A stretch of DNA of 64,000 bases, from the NCBI RefSeq assembly GCF_964188315.1, contig NC_135660.1:7254001-7318000 (forward strand). The letters are read 5' to 3'. Made by a program: the position numbers and the translations under genes. The stretch comes from Podarcis muralis. Its lineage: Eukaryota. The notes beneath the pieces were generated by a model, which saw nothing but the letters and a program-made list of their open reading frames with translations, was not told where the DNA came from and did not search any database. This document shows positions 1 through 11,372 of the stretch, piece after piece (within the stretch, counting starts at the first letter, position 1; the number at the start of each line of letters is the position of its first letter).

Positions 1-1480
1 GAAACGTTAATTTTAGTTTACTCCAGGTTACCAAGTTTTTTCTAATCTCTAACCAAGTTTGGGTGTAATTATCCTGAAATAAGTTTATCTTCTTGGGGGT
101 GATCCAAATACCCAAATATTTCGCTTTTGAAGAGATTTTCAGGCCCAATATTTTTTCTAAGTCGTCCTTTTCTTCTGTGGTTACATTTTTAACAAACATT
201 TTTGTTTTTGTTATATTCAGCTTAAAGCCTGCCACTTCTCCAAATTCTTTAATCAGTTCCAGCACTCTTTTCAGACTTTCTTTAGGGTTTTCAGTCATAA
301 CAAGTAAATCGTCCGCGAAAGCTTTAATTTTATATGTTTTGTTTCCCAGAGTGATGCCTTTAACAAGCTGATCCCTTCTTATCTGATTGTTCAGGACTTC
401 CATCACCAAAATAAATATCAGTGGGGACAGTGGGCAGCCCTGTCTGGTTCCCTTGTTTATTTTGCACTTCTCAGTAATTCTTCCATTGATGATCAATTTT
501 GCATATTGTTCCGAATAGATGGCATTTATTCCTTTACAAATATTTTCTCCCAGTCCGATTTCTTCCATTAATTTTTTCATAAACTTCCAGGACACATTAT
601 CAAAAGCTTTTTCAGCGTCCACCAACATAATAGCTGCTGGTTTATCAATTTTAATATCCAAATATTCCAATACATTAATCACACATCTAATATTGGATTG
701 CATAAATCGTCCGGGAAGAAATCCGGTTTGATCTTTATGAATTATCTCTTTCAGCACCATTTTTAATCTATTTGCAAGAATGTCTGCGAATATCTTGTAA
801 TCGTTATTTAGCAGTGCAATGGGTCTGTAATTGGCCATGTTTGAGGCGTCTGTTCCCTGTTTATGGATAAGAGTAATAAAGCTGTCCTTCCAGGTTTTCG
901 GAAACTTTCCATTTGCCAGAATATTATTCATTAGGTCTTTCATGGGAAGAAATAATGCTTGTTCTAACTTTTTATAGTAATTAGCTGGAAGACCATCTGG
1001 GCCCGGTGTCTTTCCTAATTTTGATCTCTGTATAGCTTGTTGCACCTCCATAGCTGTTATTGGTGAGTTCAAGAATTCAGTTTTTTCCTTAGGTATTATT
1101 GGTAGTTTATTTTTGCCCAAATAGTCAAATATTTTTTCTAGAGTCTCTGGACCTTCTTTATATAGTTTTCCAAAAAAACTAGCAAAGTTTTTACTAATTT
1201 CTTTCGGTTCCTGAATCCATTTGTCTTCGATTTTAATTTTATTGATAATTCTATCTTCTTTTTTCTTCTTTAATTGCCAGGCCAAAAGTTTACCGGGTTT
1301 ATTTGCAAACTCAAAATTTCTATGTCTCAACCATTTAATCTTCCATTCTATCTCTTCATTTATTATCATGGAGAATTGCGTCTGTAAAATTTTTATACTT
1401 TGCTTAATTGATTCATCATCTGGTTTTTGGAAAAGGATCCTTTCCTTTTTTCTAATTTCCTCCCAGATCTCCATTTTTTT
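1..1480 (-). mobile_element. L1-clade LINE, 5'-truncated, with an uninterrupted ORF2 segment containing the reverse transcriptase; continues beyond the window start
   Basis: Manual translation of the minus strand from about 1480 to 1 gives about 490 codons with no stop: ...GKTPGPDGLP...NYRPIALLNNDYKIFA...DQTGFLPGR...DAEKAFDNVSW...GTRQGCPLSP...KAFADDLL (FADD at 319-308)...KYLGI. These are the canonical non-LTR RT motifs. No endonuclease domain lies upstream. The ORF track omits it because it runs off the window edge. Confidence 0.93.
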
Positions 1481-1896
1481 CAAATAACGGATGGGACCCA
1501 AAAGGTTCTTAATGTTATTATTGACTTTGCCTCTCCTACATTTTGAGCTGGTGATCCTTCCCATGGAGATGCCAAGGATTGAACCTGCGAGGATTGAAGC
1601 CGTTGCTCTGACAACCAACTTCTGCCCTTTCCTATAAATAAAAATATTGCCCTACTATGGATTTGGACAGCCTTTCTCAAGGACCCACTTTTCCTCACGA
1701 CCTTTTGCTTTTTGTAGGAGGATTCAGAATTCTTTTGAGCTATAAAAATATTCTTAGGATGTTGCTCCTATGAGCCACTAGGGGGAAGCAGCGGCACACA
1801 GTTGATCCATCAGTATGTGACAGGCAGTGGTCTCTGGCCAGTCGTTATGGAGTTTGTTGCTCAGCTCTTTCCTGAAGTCTGTGCCTGTTTGGCACT

Positions 1897-1897
<1 letters not shown>

Positions 1898-1938
<41 letters not shown>
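1898..1938. repeat. (GT)n microsatellite
   Basis: Perfect GT run seen directly. Confidence 0.97.
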
Positions 1939-1940
<2 letters not shown>

Positions 1941-2110
1941 AACAGTTGCTTCAGCTGAGGCAAAGGGGCAAAATCTTCATGCAATCCTATGTGTGTCACC
2001 TGATTTGAGTTGCACCACCCTTTTTGCTAGGTTAATTTACACTACATTGCCAGTTGGTGTGTGACTGATTTGAACTGGCTTAGGATCCGTGCGCTGCAGA
2101 AGCAGTCTAG

Positions 2111-2230
2111 TCCTGCTGGCCACATGACCCGGAAGCTGTACGCCGGCTCCCTCGGCCAGTAAAGTGAGATGGGCGCTGCAACCCCAGAGTCGTCTGCAAC
2201 CGGACCTAATGGTCAGGGGTCCCTTTACCT
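2111..2230 (+). mobile_element. Sauria SINE, 3' fragment
   Basis: gctggccacatgacccggaagctgtacgcc...ggtcaggggtccctttacct matches the 3' half of the full-length copies elsewhere in this window. Confidence 0.85.
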
Positions 2231-2332
2231 AGGATCCAGCCTAAGTCTCCCCCACCTGCAACACCTCTTTTTCAGGGCTTAAGATCTCCCCATCTCTACG
2301 CAGCCAGCTGGGTGGGATATGCTGGCCTATCT

Positions 2333-2764
2333 TGTCCATTAAACTTTAATTAGTTTAATGTTAAGTAAACGTCCAGTGCGCTTCCAACGCCATAAATCTT
2401 ATCTCAGCAGAGAATTTCGTGCAGCGGTTGAAGAAGGCAGGAGAGTCAGTACCTTTCAATGAAGAATCCTGGAGCAAGCACTTTGGAACTCAGGAAAAAC
2501 TTTATTTACAAAAAAAACCCTGGCGATAAAGCACACATGCTTTTATCTCGGCATAAAGAAAAGTTTACTCTAAACTTAACTCATATCAGCAAACACGCCC
2601 ATGGCCACAAACTGAGTCTGCGAGTCAGGTCAAAGGGGGGAAGGGGAAGGACACACGGGTGAACTGACTATATACAAACTAACCCACATTCCTGGATGCT
2701 TAATGACTTCCAGCTGCTCAGTGATTAGAGCGACTTGTTACCTCTTAACCCTTTAGTACCAACA
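2333..2764 (-). mobile_element. Solo LTR (432 bp) of an LTR retrotransposon or ERV
   Basis: Termini TGT...ACA are flanked by a perfect 5-bp duplication, TATCT (2328-2332 and 2765-2769). On the minus strand a TATATA box (2674-2669) precedes AATAAA (2506-2501), giving U3-R-U5 order. Confidence 0.7.
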
Positions 2765-2950
2765 TATCTCCAGCTGAGCCAGGATGAGGGAGTTACGCTC
2801 AGCCACAAAAACTGCTAGATCAAAACTCACCCATCCCAATAGATCTAGACTTAAGATTGCCCCCTAAGTATGCAGCTGGTGGAATTCACACTGGATAGCA
2901 GCCTTGTGGAGTGGGGGAGAGCAGAAGAACTTGCAATCCTATCAGCTATT

Positions 2951-2956
<6 letters not shown>

Positions 2957-2997
<41 letters not shown>
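2957..2997. repeat. (ATT)n microsatellite
   Basis: Perfect ATT run; source of the poly-Y and poly-I ORFs in the track. Confidence 0.97.
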
Positions 2998-2999
<2 letters not shown>

Positions 3000-3129
3000 C
3001 TGCCCATCTGGCTAGGTTTCCCCAGCAACAATTTAGGCAATTGTTGGGTTTCCATGATGCAGCTGAGCTTCAGGAGGAAGCTAGCATTGCTTTCCTGGAG
3101 GAGAGGGCTACTATCAAGGGCATCAGCTG

Positions 3130-3295
3130 GAGGCAGCAATGCTTTTCAATACTAGTTGCTGGAAACCAAAGGAGAGGAGAGGGCTCTTGTGGTCGGATCC
3201 TGCTTGCTGGTTTCCCACAGGCATCTGCTTGGCCACTGTGAGAACAGGCTGCTGGACTGTATGGCTTGATCCAGCAGGGACTTCTAATATCCTTT
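3130..3295 (+). mobile_element. CR1-type LINE 3' end, degraded
   Basis: ...cacaggcatctgcttggccactgtgagaacagg-ctgctggact... recurs in either orientation near 15430, 20700, 26860, 32130, 53810 and 61340, and is contiguous with CR1 coding sequence at 26855-27960. Confidence 0.6.
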
Positions 3296-5209
3296 ATCTT
3301 GCAAATGCGAGTTGCTCAGAGAAGCCTGTATTGGGGACTCAGGTGAATTCTATTATACCTAGCAAACACAGTTTCTGCTGCTAGGGTGGTTCCTGCAAAT
3401 TTGGTGTATTTTTCACGCGTTGCGGTGCTTAATTCGGCCTTCCCTGCTTCAGATTTTAACGTAATGTGTTGGTTCTTTTGGCAAAGAAAGAAGTGATGGA
3501 GTAAAGTGGGAGAGAAAGACAGGCAGCTGTCAGGCTTTCTCCTCGCAGTCTTGGGCTAGAAGCTAAAAGAGAGAGAGGAGGGAAAGTTGAAAGGGTTGCA
3601 ATCGAAGGTGCAGCTCTTGCCAGGGGATCTGTGGCAATGTACCGTAACTATTACATCCATCTTCAAAAAAGAGGTTGCTCCCATCTCACACCTGGAGGGA
3701 AGGGGCTTCACGTCTCTTGAGGTCTTGGAGTACCCAGTTTTCCTGCAGAGGGGACAGGGGGAAGGGAGTGCAATGAAAACCTTTGTATTTCTGCTGCAGG
3801 GGTGACATTTTGTAAATAAGCAGTATCCCGGTTCCTCCTGGCTACCACCAGAGGGCAGTGTGAATAGATGCTTCAATGGCCTTCTCTGCCACTGTTCAGA
3901 ACCTGAGTGATGCTCTGCCCCTTTTGAAGGGCTGTTCTTGGTGGAGCACAGGTGATTTATAAATAGTGGATGTGAGCGTTAGTCTGGTCTGCAACTGAGA
4001 ACCCATCCTTACAGCAGACTTTTCAGGGAAAGCCCTGTTTCCTCAGCAAATCCTTCCGAGTCCTTCTGTATCTCTGACGTGTCACCATGAGAGTTAGGAA
4101 TTTGCTTTTCTGTTTTTTACCCTTTAAAATAATAATAAAAATACCTTCCTGATCCTATTGCTACTAGAGAAAAAGGAGACCGTATATATTTGCCGATGCC
4201 CTTTTCAGAATCCTTCAAAGCCCTAGTGCTTATTTGCTTAAAAGTTAGACTTCTAGCCATCATGACTGCAGCAGCTGAGGCTGAAAACCTAACCGTGAGA
4301 AAGGAAGGAAGATGTGAAAACCAAGGGGCAAATTGAAGTGTGCCTGAATGCTTTCCTTTCCCCCCCTCTCTTGTGACTTGAGCCCATCTGTCGGGATTTT
4401 TCGAAGGCTGACTCAGGCTTTTCACACTGGTGGTTAATAGTAAGAATATCGTAGAACACGAGCAACTTGCCCGCCAAGTCTAATTTGGCATCTGCCATGG
4501 AAATGATATGCAGATTGTTAATTGCACAAACCTTAAATATTCAAGTTGTCTTTGGCTGTCTGTCTCAGGTATAAAAATATAACTATTTTAATATTTATCT
4601 ACAAACGGGGTATCTGTTTACACATTTATCTTTCACATTTATATCCTGCCTTATGGGCTTAGCCAGGATCCTCAAGGCAGATTAATCTGGTGAGGATGTC
4701 CCTGAAACCTAAAAATATATAGTGATTTTATGAAAATCTCACTTCTTCCCACCCACCCCTCAAAAGAGATGTAGATCATTTGATATTTGGGAAATGGTCT
4801 TTTTGGAACACATTTTATAATATGTAGCTGGTAGGGAACAGTCCTGTGACACTATCCTGTCTACAAAAACTGACGGACAGTACGAAATCTTACGGAATTT
4901 TTGCATGGGTTATTAATGCCTGGGTTTCTTAATAAAAGAAAGAAAAAAGCTTAGCAGCTATTGTTGGGCCACAGCTCCCATAATCCCTGGCCACTGCCCA
5001 TGCTATACTTAATTGCTGTGGCTTTTTTCGCTTACCCCATCCCACTGTCCTGCTCACAGTTGTGAAGAATATTCCAACGTTTTGAATGGCCCATGTCACC
5101 ATTAAGAAAAAGAGGTCGGAATAGGCCAATAGATATGTAGACTGTCCCTGGATCAAGTGACTTTTCTTCTTTAAATTCTTAAACTAGCTCGGGTTAGTTT
5201 TCTGAACTA

Positions 5210-5551
5210 AAAGGTAAAGGGACCCCTGACCATTAGATCCAGTCGTGGCCGACTCTGGGGTTGCGGCGCTCATCTCGCTTTATTGACAAAGGGAGCCGGC
5301 ATACAGCTTCTGTGTCATGTGGCCAGCATGACTAAGCCGCTTCTGGTGAACCAGAGCAGCGCACGGAAACGCCGTTTACCTTCCCACCGGAGCGGTACCT
5401 ATTTATCTACTTGGATTTGATGTGCTTTCGAACTGCTAGGTTGGCAGGAGTAGGGACCGAGCAACGGGAGCTCACCCCCTTGCAGGGATTCAAATCGCTG
5501 ACCTTCTGATCGGCAAGTCCTAGGCTCTGTGGTTTAACCCACAGCGCCACC
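5210..5551 (-). mobile_element. Sauria SINE, near full length
   Basis: Reverse complement reads ggtggcgctgtgggttaaaccacagagcctagg...gaatccc (tRNA-like A/B boxes)...ctagcagttcgaaagcac...ggtcaggggtccctttacct tail. Confidence 0.92.
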
Positions 5552-7074
5552 TACAAGGTGTTTAACTGAAAATCAATCACAGTCAGTGCATCATTTGTAA
5601 AATAAGACTTTAGAGCCACCTTGCCCCAAAATGGCAACTAGGCATTCCATTTTGGTGACTGTAACCTTGCTTTAAGGGGCCATTTGGCACCTAGCTTATA
5701 CATCTGAGTTTCTAATACTGCTTTTGGTCACCAGTCGTGCCCCACTTGCTGATGTCGCCCTTTGCTTGCTCATGCCTTCGAAATGATTCCCTCTGTAGCA
5801 CGTGGCTTGGCTTGCTCACTTGAGCCAGCTGCAGAGCTAATCTCTCGGCAGCACATCTGCTGTCTATTTATGGCACGCGGTAATCTGAGTGGTGGAAGTT
5901 GATGGGAGAGAGGCGGGATTGGCAGGTGGGCGGGCGGGCTTTGCAGGAAAGGCTTCACCTTTGTGGCCTCTTGGCTTCTCCCAGCAATTCTGCGCGTTCA
6001 GAAGCACCAGCAGCTGCCTTGTGCTGATTTAGAACATTTTCCATCCTGCTCAGTGTGGTCTCAGTTGACTGACAGTTGCTCTCCAGGGTTTCAGACAGGG
6101 AGCGTGCCAGCCCTACGTGGAGATGGCGGGGATTGAACCTGCGGCCGCCCGCGTGTAAGTCAGATGCTCTGCCAGGGAGCTGCAGCCCTTCCCTTAATGC
6201 CTGTGCTGTCAAATGGCATTTCAGAACCAATTAGATTAAAATAAAATCTCCGCAGAGTACCAAACGCAGAAATAAGCCTGCATCTGTGCAAGAGTTTTCA
6301 GTGTGGCAAGTGACAGCATCAGCCTCATCTCTGCAGTGCTGAATCTGGGATACCTTCACCTTAAAAGCTGGTGAAATTTCAGGCAACAGCTCTTTCACTG
6401 GGGGGGGGGGGAATGCCCCAACTAGTTATGCAATCCTGGCTAGCAAGTTAGACTCCCTGTTCTTCTCTCCTGCTTGAGGACCTTGATGTGCCTTCGTTCG
6501 TTGGTTTCTTCTTTGAACCTCTCCCAAAGGCTCTGCCACGCTGGGCACCCTGTGCCCCTGCGCCCTAATCACAGCCAGCAAATTAACAGAATCCTGGCTT
6601 ACCATTTGCAAAAGTCCCGACTGGGAAGGAGCGGGCTCTAAGCCTCCATTAATCCTACCTGATGGTTTATCTCTTTGATCTGATTGCTGCTGCGGTGGCT
6701 TTTAACGTGGTGGCTCCTTAATCTGATATAGGGAGGGAGGCTGGAGCTTCCAAGCAGGTTGGGATTAACTGGGTCTAATCGCCTGAGCCTGTTAGAGGGC
6801 CCGTCTGCTGGATGTGTGATTAACAGTCGCGGGATCCTTGCCGTGCTGGATAACACAGGGGGTGAAGGACAAAATGGAAGGTGCGTCTGAGTTTGAGGTG
6901 GCAGGCATTGAACCTGCAAATCGTGCAGTCCACTTGGGGTTGAGTTTCCAGTGGCAAAGCTCCTGTTTTGTATCAGGAAGGGTGGGGTTCTGCCTCCAGC
7001 ATCCTAAATCTACAACACTTCTCATTCTTTCTGGAAGTGCCATTGTAGGGCACGGAGATCATTCTGCGTGAAGG

Positions 7075-7235
7075 GAGAGATCATAGCTCCATAGCAGAGC
7101 ATCTGCTTTGCATGCAGAAGGTACCAGGTTTGGTGCCCTTCAGGTGAGGCTAGTCAGGGCTTCCCACCTGAAGCCTCGTAGAGCCGCTGCCTGTCAGCAC
7201 AGACAGTTCTGAGCTAGATAGACCCATGATAGACT
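7075..7235 (+). mobile_element. Old tRNA-Ala-derived SINE
   Basis: atagctccatagcagagcatctgctttgcatgcagaaggtaccaggtt resembles tRNA-Ala(UGC), followed by a body shared with minus-strand copies near 6000-6190, 30270-30420, 44690-44780 and 57940-58100. Confidence 0.6.
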
Positions 7236-8692
7236 TGGGGGAAGGCCGGTTCCTAGGTTTCTGTGGGTGCGGAGATCATTCTGTAACTCTTTTGTGGGAG
7301 GAACTAGACCTGGACTATGGAGCCGGTGGCCTTTCAAATGTTGTCATACTACAGTTCCCATCATCCCCCATTGTCCATGCTAGTGGGGCTGATGGGTGCT
7401 GGAGTCCAGCGACACATCGAGGGCACCTGTCTAGACTTCAGTAGCATGGAGAACCTCATGCACAATGGTACAAAACCAAATCCTATCTTAGATAGGCATA
7501 GAAATCATGTGAAACATGTCTGATTCATTTTTATTTTATTTATATTTATTACATTTTTTTTAATCCCTCCAAGGTGGACATGTTCGTCTTTTCCCTTCAG
7601 TTTTGCCCTCCCTATTTTGCCATTTTCCCTTCTGGCTCCCTTTGAGCATTTTGGCCTGGCTGGAATATGCACCTCCCCCCCAGCTGATGGAGGATAGAGA
7701 TGGAGATGTCTGAGTGTGTGCAGTAACTAGTAGGAAGTCTTGGAGCCAGAGGCTTCATTGGATACCTGGCTTGTGTAAGGCATGATTACTCTACCTGCAG
7801 TCCATTTAATATATTGTAGACTGAGGGGAGAAGGAGGGAGGCTGGATTTTAAATCCCAGGGGCTGGAGACTGTGCAGGTGAGAGCCTAGTAGGGTGGCTT
7901 ATGTAGACTGAGTGTTGAGATCCTTGAGCCAGGCGTACAAATGCCAGGCGTACAAATGCCAAGCCCAATGCGGAAGTAATTAAAGCGCCTTTTGCAACCC
8001 ACTCATTAAGTGCTGCTTCATCTCTAATTAAGCTAATTGTGATCCACAGCTCGGTCCTGCTTTTCTCTCTTTTTGCCCTCCACAGCCACCTGTGGCTTTC
8101 TGGGTTCGGTAAGCTACCAAAGGGGAACAGTTTGCAGGCGGGGTGGGTGGGGTCTTAGAATTGCCTGCCTCTGGAGTTGGAAAAACAAAGCGTCTTGTTG
8201 CTGGGCTCAGGGGTTTTTTTTGAAAGAGAAGCATCACGGCTGAAGGTTAGCCACAAGTTTTAAAGACATCTGCTCTCTTTATCAGGAGAGTAACATTCTC
8301 CTGTAACCAGCCCCAGTCACCAGTCTGCCCAGACCATTTTGGACCAGCTGGAGCTTCTAAACACTTTCCAATGTCAGCCCCAATGACATGAGACACGCCA
8401 GCCGTCTTAAAGAGACCCAGTCTGGACCCATGTTGACTGTCTTGGCAAAAGCTAAGGGTGATTCCCTGTAAAGTAAAAAAAAAAAAAAGATTGTTGGGCT
8501 TGCAGGAGGTTGGGCTAAATGACCCTTTGGATTCCTACAGTTCTATGATTCTGTGACTTGATGGGCCTTTGGTCTGACTGATGGATCCTTGGCCAAGCCT
8601 TCATAATCCTAGAACACATCCAGCACTCACCAAAGACCGCGCATTGCAGGGAAAGAACAACCCACAGCAGACTTTCTCTGTCTTCCAGGATA

Positions 8693-8921
8693 CAGTGGTA
8701 CCTCGGGTTACATACGCTTCAGGTTACAGACTCTGCTAACCCAGAAATATTACCTCAGCTTAAGAACTTTGCTTCAGGATGAGAACAAAAATCGTGCTTT
8801 GGCGGTGCGGCGGCGGCAGCAGGAGGCCCCATTAGCTAAAGTGGTGCTTCAGGTTAAGAACAGTTTCCGGTTAAGAACGGACCTCCGGAACGAATTAAGT
8901 ACTTAACCCGAGATACCACTG
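8693..8921 (+). mobile_element. Tc1/mariner (Tigger-like) MITE
   Basis: TIRs cagtggtacctcgggtt / aacccgagataccactg with TA target duplication on both sides; second copy at 33707-33953. Confidence 0.88.
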
Positions 8922-9012
8922 TAGTTGGTTCGCCATGGGTGATCCTTTGTTTACAATTGGCCGATACATGAAATTCTTCAACATAACTAGTCCAAGCCCA
9001 TCTCTTTTGCAG

Positions 9013-9296
9013 GCTGCGGGAACAGTGCTCTGAGCTACAACCTCTTCCAGCTGGGCTACACAGACATCACCAGCATTGACTACTCACCCATATGCATTGC
9101 AAGCATGCAAGACCGCTATGCCCATTGCCCAGGCCTGCACTGGGCAGTGATGGACGCTCGGGCCTTGACCTTTGTGGATGGGAGCTTTGATGTGGTGTTG
9201 GAGAAGGGCACTCTGGATTCCATGATGGTGGAAGAAACAGACCCATGGAATGTCTCCTCCGAGGCTAGGATGCTTCTGGATCAAGTGTTAACTGAG
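9013..9296 (+). CDS. EEF1AKMT4: EEF1A lysine methyltransferase 4, internal coding exon (exon 2; SAM-binding core)
   Basis: Acceptor tctcttttgcAG at 9011-9012 and donor GTgagc at 9297. Translation (G)CGNSALSYNLFQLGYTDITSIDYSPICIASMQDRYAHCPGLHWAVMDARALTFVDGSFDVVLEKGTLDSMMVEETDPWNVSSEARMLLDQVLTE closely parallels human EEF1AKMT4 as I recall it (GCGNSALSY...FDVVLEKGTLD...DPW.VSSE...DQVLSE). Confidence 0.95.
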
Positions 9297-10127
9297 GTGA
9301 GCGGCAAGAATTCCTGTTGGTACCTGGGCCGGATGGCACCATCTTCAACCATTTCCATGTGTGACTTCTTGAATCTTGGCCTGTTCCCAAACTTTAAGGA
9401 CATTAGACAAGCATCACTACATTGGGGTTGTTGTTTTTTCTTGCTTGCTGTTCAGTGCTGCAGAATCACACATCTCTGGTGGGGGAAATCTATCCTTGCT
9501 TTTGTTTCCAGTCCTCATGTTCATGGCTGCAAAGTATCTGATCTCTATCTCTGTCCTGTGATCTGGCCTTCCATCATTCTGCTATCACACAGCTCCTTTC
9601 CGGGGGGGGGGGGGGCATTCCACAAACCCCAAGATCTGCAAAGGCTGAAATATCGGATCCAGAGCAAGGAAGCAAGCTACCAAATCCCATTCAAAATATT
9701 TTATTTATTAAATTTATATAATGCCCTTCATTCAAAGATCACAGGGCAGTTTACAGTATAAAAATACAAAATGCATAATATAATAAGCAAACAAGCAATA
9801 TATATAAAAACTGATCCTCACAAATGAATCTGAATGTGGGATATTGAGTTCGCGAGATGCAAAATGTAGGTTGCGAACACAGCTTAGGCAGCCCTAGAAA
9901 TCTTGTCTTCCCCCTCCATTTTCCAACATATTCCCCCCTGACTACTAGAAAAAGTGTGGATTGGGCTCATATATAAAAAACACATTGAATCACCCAAAAA
10001 CCGTGTCCTTTTAAACGGGGTTGTTGGAGTGGAGGACCTTGTCTTCTCCTACATTCTACCTGTGTTTCAGGACTGATCCTGACCACGATGCCCCTTCCAT
10101 GGCCTCCTAAAATTGACAGCCGTCCTC

Positions 10128-10360
10128 CTGCAAGAAGTTTTGTAAGGAGGACTATGAGAAATATTGCAAGGAAAATTTGTGAATAGAATTACTAGTTAAG
10201 GGTTATTAAAAGTAATAGTGAAATTAATGAAATGCAGATTAAGATTAAGAGCGAAAAATCTACAGAAGTAGCTGATGGAAGTCCAAAACATTGTATAAGA
10301 TAAGAATATATGTTATATGATTTTTGGAAAATATATGTAAAATTTAAAACATTTTTAAAA
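10128..10360 (+). mobile_element. Short LINE (L1-like) 3' stub with A-rich tail and target-site duplication
   Basis: AT-rich insert ending in an A-run, flanked by aaaattgacagc(c/a)gtcctc at 10109-10127 and 10361-10379 (19 bp, one mismatch). Confidence 0.6.
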
Positions 10361-10974
10361 AAAATTGACAGCAGTCCTCAGCCAAGTCAAGGTGGTAAAT
10401 GACAGATAAAGGGCAGCATGCCTCTGCCCCCCCCCCAAAAAAAATCGCCCTCCCATTATGGGGTTTGACAATCAGCCTGTAGCTTCCTTGTTCCCCTAGG
10501 CCCCTAGGGCCTAGGGGTTTGATACCATTCTGCAATGGGGGGGGGGGCAGTTGTGCAGATGCACCCAAAGCATTTGCTGCCAGAGGGAGGGGTGAAGGGG
10601 TTGTGGGAAGGGGGGGGGGAAGGATAGGATTCATTGGCGGGGGGGGGGGAGGAACAATTTCCCAAGCAAGCTTATTTTGGGGATGATGATAAGAAAGCAG
10701 AGTCAACAGCACCCTGCCAACCAAGGGGGGGCATTATAGTTTGTTTTCATTCTAGCTTTTATCTTGTATTTTGTGGGGGTTTTTTTAATTTTTATATTAC
10801 GGATGAAGGGCGGCATACAAGTTTAATAAATAAAAACAAACAGCACTTGTTGAGGCTCTGATGCCGGAAGAGTGTGTCTTCTCCCCACCCCCGTCAGTTT
10901 TTCTTCCGCCCCCCCCCCCACTCCCAATCTTTCAGTATCTTGCACATTAATGTATTTTGGGGGGGGGGGGGAAT

Positions 10975-11372
10975 CTCTTTTTTTAAAGTAATATTTTTAT
11001 TCATTTTCCACAAAAGAGAAAAAAAGAAAGAAAGAAAATAAGAAAAAAAAACAAACAAACCATTTTTTATACAATCAATTCACATTTTATCACACATTCC
11101 TCTCTTTTTTTGACTTCCCTCAGCTCCTCTGCCGATCTTTCGTTTGCGTCAATATTATTAACGCATTTCTTAACTTAGTATTGCCTTTAGATATCTCCTT
11201 CCCTCCTCTTATTTTCTTTTTAACAAAATTCCTCTGTTTTTCACAGAGTCTCTTAAAAACCAACAAACGTTATCTGCTCATCACATATGCCTTTCAGATA
11301 ATCTGTAAATCTTCCCCAGTCCTCGATGAACTTTCGGTCTCGTTGATACCGAATCTTCCCTGTTAGTTTGTC
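10975..11372 (-). mobile_element. L1-clade LINE 3' end
   Basis: Minus frame ends DKLTGKIRYQRDRKFIEDWGRFTDYLKGICDEQITFVGF*, followed by an A-rich 3' UTR and tail; homologous to the fragment at 55693-56100. Confidence 0.65.

Noticed and set aside
1481-9012. EEF1AKMT4 exon 1
   Set aside because: No YWD.RY / DWFG / ILVLG-type coding sequence or promoter CpG island was found; it presumably lies upstream of the window.
9297-9761. C-terminal part of the 218-aa ORF 9105-9761
   Set aside because: Homology to EEF1AKMT4 stops at the GT donor at 9297; the remainder is intron read-through.
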